From: Asterionella formosa
Lineage: Eukaryota
Length of the DNA: 36,579 nucleotides
NCBI GenBank assembly: GCA_002256025.1
Contig: NKIB01015315.1
Location: 1-36,579 of the forward strand
Direction: 5' to 3'
The position numbers and the translations under genes were made by a program. Below the pieces are notes generated by a model. It made no database searches and was not told where the DNA came from. It was given only the letters and a program-made list of their open reading frames with translations. Of the stretch, positions 33,362 to 36,579 are shown piece after piece; within the stretch, counting starts at the first letter, position 1, and each line of letters opens with the position of its first letter.

Positions 33362-34675
33362 CTACGACAATGACAATGCAATGTCTTGACTAACGGCAAT
33401 CCATTGTTGCAACAGTTCCGTGGCTTTGCCACTTTCCAATGTAGTTCGTGCCAATGCACACCCTTCTTCTATCGTGCTGGTAATTCCATAAACATAAATT
33501 CCAACACCAGCATTCAACACAATGGCGTCTCGCTTGGCATCGGTATGAACCCCTCCCAACAAGACATTGCGGAATTTTTCGGCATTTTCGTCTGGACCAC
33601 CACCCTTTAAATCAATCAAATCACATCGAGGAATACCAATATCCAAAGGATCGAATTCAAACACACGTTCTGTGTAAATTTTTGGTTCTCCAGGAGGAGC
33701 TGAATTTTTGATCTACAGTAGTAGCAGAAAGCAGAGCAAAAAAGAACATACAAAAAAGTTGAGAGTACAGTACAGTATGCAATACACCAAATGTCACAAA
33801 TGCTGCAGTCATTTTCCACGCAAACAAAAGTTACTTACTTCCAACAGCGTTGCAGGACCCAACGGACTAATCTCATCCAATCCCTTCCCATGAATAACGA
33901 CAACATGGTCCACTTTCCCCACTTCCTTCAACGCACCTGCCATGAGTGGCATAAGTTCAGGATGAAAGACGCCAATCACAGCATGTTGTGCCCCCGCCGC
34001 ATTCGTCATGGGTCCTAAAATGTTGAAACACGTCCGAACGCCCAATTTACTTCGCACTGGCGCCACGAATCGCATGGCAGGATGATTGACCGGCGCAAAC
34101 ATGAATGCAACATTGACTTGCTTGACACATTCCACCACTTGCGCTGGCGTCAAGTCCACCTTGACTCCCAGCGCCTCCAATACATCCGCCGATCCACACG
34201 CGGAACTGACGGAACGATTCCCCGCCTTGGCCACGGTGCATCCTGCAGCGGCGGCCAGTACGACCGACGCGGTGCTAATGTTGATCGTGTCCGCCCCGTC
34301 TCCGCCAGTCCCAACAATGTCCAATGCTTTGGTCCCCGCCCCCAGATCCACTCGATTGCATGCCGCATTCATAGCCTTGACCATGCCGGCAATTTCCGAG
34401 GGCGTTTCTCCTCGAGCGCGTAACAGTGTGAGCAGCGAAGCCACTTGGACGTCATCGGCACCTTGAAGGATTTGAGCAAAGGCTGCTTCTGTTTCGTCAG
34501 ACGTCAAGTGCCGATCGCCAGCAATGAGGGTTTCAATGTAAGGCTTCAAGGATGCCGAACGGTGATGAGTCATGCTGTTGGCGCTAAGAATAGATCGTTT
34601 TAAAAGGGCGGGGGTAAAGGCAAAAGAGCAATGGGAAACGGATACTACTATCGGAAGGACGAGCGACAGTTTCAT
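33362..34675 (-). CDS. trpD: Anthranilate phosphoribosyltransferase, plastid-targeted, two exons (34675-33839 and 33712-33362)
   Basis: LDIVGTGGDGADTINISTAS, VAKAGNRSVSSACGSADVLEALG, FMFAPVNHPAMRFVAPVRSKLGVRTCFNILGPMTN, VIHGKGLDEISP, LKGGGPDENA and DAIVLNAG. Phase-0 intron 33713-33838 (GTAAGT...TGTAG). The N-terminus MKLSLVLPIVVSVSHCSFA-FTP is a bipartite-type signal. An alternative in-frame ATG lies at 34705. Confidence 0.95.
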
Positions 34676-35224
34676 GCCTGTAAGTTTTTGCACCCGCCGC
34701 AGCATGAGAGTGTTATTTGCATCCAGTAGTACCTGGTACTGTGGTATGATGTGTATGAACAATATAAACATCCAAGTAAAGGAAATGCCACTTATGTATA
34801 TATTTGTACACGTAGACAATGCATATCATACGTATGTAGGACAGGATAGAGTACAATAAATATGTAAATGAATGTGTCCGTACCGGTATAAACCGGTAAA
34901 CCTGATGGTACTCCCCCTCTGTGGTGGGCGAAACAATCATTGTTTCACCTTTTTACTTACCTATTTGGGCGCATCTTTACTGCATGGCCCAAGCAAGCTA
35001 CCTATAACTCCTTGTATCCTAATGACAAACAGTTCTCTTATGCCACTCTGACAATGGGCTAGTATGATTACAGATGATTCCATCTCGCTCCGCCTATATG
35101 ACTATGTAGCTCTTACACCAGGATACTCGTAGTGTGTGAAAAGGAAGAATTATAACAATTCTAAGTTGGATGATTGTACAACAGGTTGTATTGAAATGGA
35201 ATAGCTGCTGAGACAGACAGCTTT

Positions 35225-35719
35225 TCACAAGTCGTTCACTATGCCATTTAGACAATAAAACATCCGTTGTCGCTCATAAGCAACTTCTTCCGTAGCTCCT
35301 TTCGCTATCAGTTGTTGGTAGAGCTCTCCTTGCAGAATTCTCACGTCTCGTTGCGATAATGGTGGCGCAGATGGAGGGCGGATGTGCTTTCGAGCCATCA
35401 TTGTAGATACATAAGGCCGTCCTCTAGATTCATTCATCTGTTCCAAAGATCTGGCTGATGACATACTGGATCCTTGAGACATGGTGCCACCTGACGAGCT
35501 GGTGGCATGATTGAAGGAGGGGTCCGATGGAAGCGAAGAACACTGCTGATTTTGGAAGGAAGCTTTTGAATGAGACTGATTGCTGGATTGCTTAATTTGG
35601 CCAACTGAGCCATTCTTGGGGTTGCAATGAGACGAATTCGACATGCTAATAGGAGGAGAGTGACGAAGACTTGGGACCGGAGAAGGGATTGGATTTCCGA
35701 TTATTCGCATTGTTTCCAT
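35225..35719 (-). CDS. Hypothetical Ser-rich protein, 164 aa
   Basis: ATG-initiated ORF of higher GC between AT-rich flanks. Disordered N-terminus and short helical C-terminus. No recognisable domain. Confidence 0.45.
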   Translation of the reverse strand: METMRIIGNPIPSPVPSLRHSPPISMSNSSHCNPKNGSVGQIKQSSNQSHSKASFQNQQCSSLPSDPSFNHATSSSGGTMSQGSSMSSARSLEQMNESRGRPYVSTMMARKHIRPPSAPPLSQRDVRILQGELYQQLIAKGATEEVAYERQRMFYCLNGIVNDL

Positions 35720-36386
35720 TATTATGATGGAAGGAGGGCTACATATTATGGCTGGATGTATTAATTATTTTAGTCCGTCATAATGTTATTAATTTATTTT
35801 AGACTAGTGTACTCGTGCACCACGTAATGAGGTCTCCTGAGTACCGTAACTCCTTGCCTATTTGTCTTAAAAAGCGACCATTTATCCTGCGATGTGCAGT
35901 ATTGGTCGTAATCTTAGTCGTAATGACTGTATACTAAGAGTAGGGTCTTTTGTTCGGCATAATGTCACAAATTCTGTCTATATACGGAATAATAAGTTAC
36001 ACATCATGCAAGAACGACGAAAAATGGAATGCGACTCAATCACGACATCATTCACCATACATGGAGAAATTATCCTGCTTGTATAAACATAAGACCAGTC
36101 GTGATCATTGACAAACCACACTGCGAATTCGGCACTATCTGGTACCATACTCGAGTAGAAAGTACTTCAGTGTAAATGCCGGAAATAGAAACAAATCCGA
36201 TTTCGTTGGAAGGCTACATGGCTTTCAAGTACGTGGTACAGAAGGGTGAGTTATATACAGGCAGTTAGACATCTTAATCACAATCTATTCTGACGAAAAT
36301 GTCAGTTCGGATTCTTGGACGACTGGAAGGCATTCCGGAATTTGTTCGGGGACACCCCCGTCGCACTGCAACATGTACCCCTGGTA

Positions 36387-36579
36387 CCAGGTGAGCGATC
36401 TTGCGCATCAATACAGATGTATATAGGGTTAGTGTTATATCATATATGTTTAAGAACTCAATAATGAGAGAACTCGACTAACCCTCATTGTATACTTTGG
36501 TGTCGACTTGGAGAACGAGTTACACACAAGGATTAACAAATAAGCTCATATATTCAACAAATACTACTACTTCTAGTTA
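36387..36579 (-). repeat. Inverted copy of the 31478-31675 repeat, truncated by the window end
   Basis: Starts TA|CCAGGTGAGCGATCTTG. Its reverse complement aligns to 31478-31675 with scattered substitutions and small indels. Confidence 0.85.

Noticed and set aside
34706..34819. Long N-terminal extension of trpD
   Set aside because: It starts at a non-ATG codon in AT-rich upstream DNA, whereas the downstream ATG yields a proper bipartite plastid signal.

Overview
Eukaryotic, intron-poor DNA with two contrasting halves. The plastid-targeting signals (signal peptide ending in an ASAF-like motif), short GT-AG introns and transposon types point to a diatom or other ochrophyte; I cannot identify the species. 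Positions 1-18.5 kb are a nested graveyard of mobile elements: two diverged, inverted copies of a ~1.4 kb DNA-transposon arm, a decayed Plavaka/CMC-type transposase with a convergent repeat-rich ORF, a tRNA-headed SINE-like insertion with a clear target-site duplication, a TA-flanked Tc1/mariner-pogo-type MITE, an internally deleted tyrosine-recombinase (DIRS/Ngaro-type) retroelement, several tandem arrays and four copies of a ~270 bp non-coding module. Positions 18.6-36.6 kb are gene-dense: RPL7, an FkbM-family methyltransferase, SAM50, a plastid DUF2358/SOUL-like protein, a spliced Hook-family coiled-coil protein that appears to carry two Hook domains, a small spliced NCBP2-AS2-like protein, a plastid trpD and a hypothetical ORF. 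Mini-MITEs and abundant TA-CC(W)GG-TA motifs fill the intergenic spaces. All family assignments come from motif recognition by eye; no database search was run.
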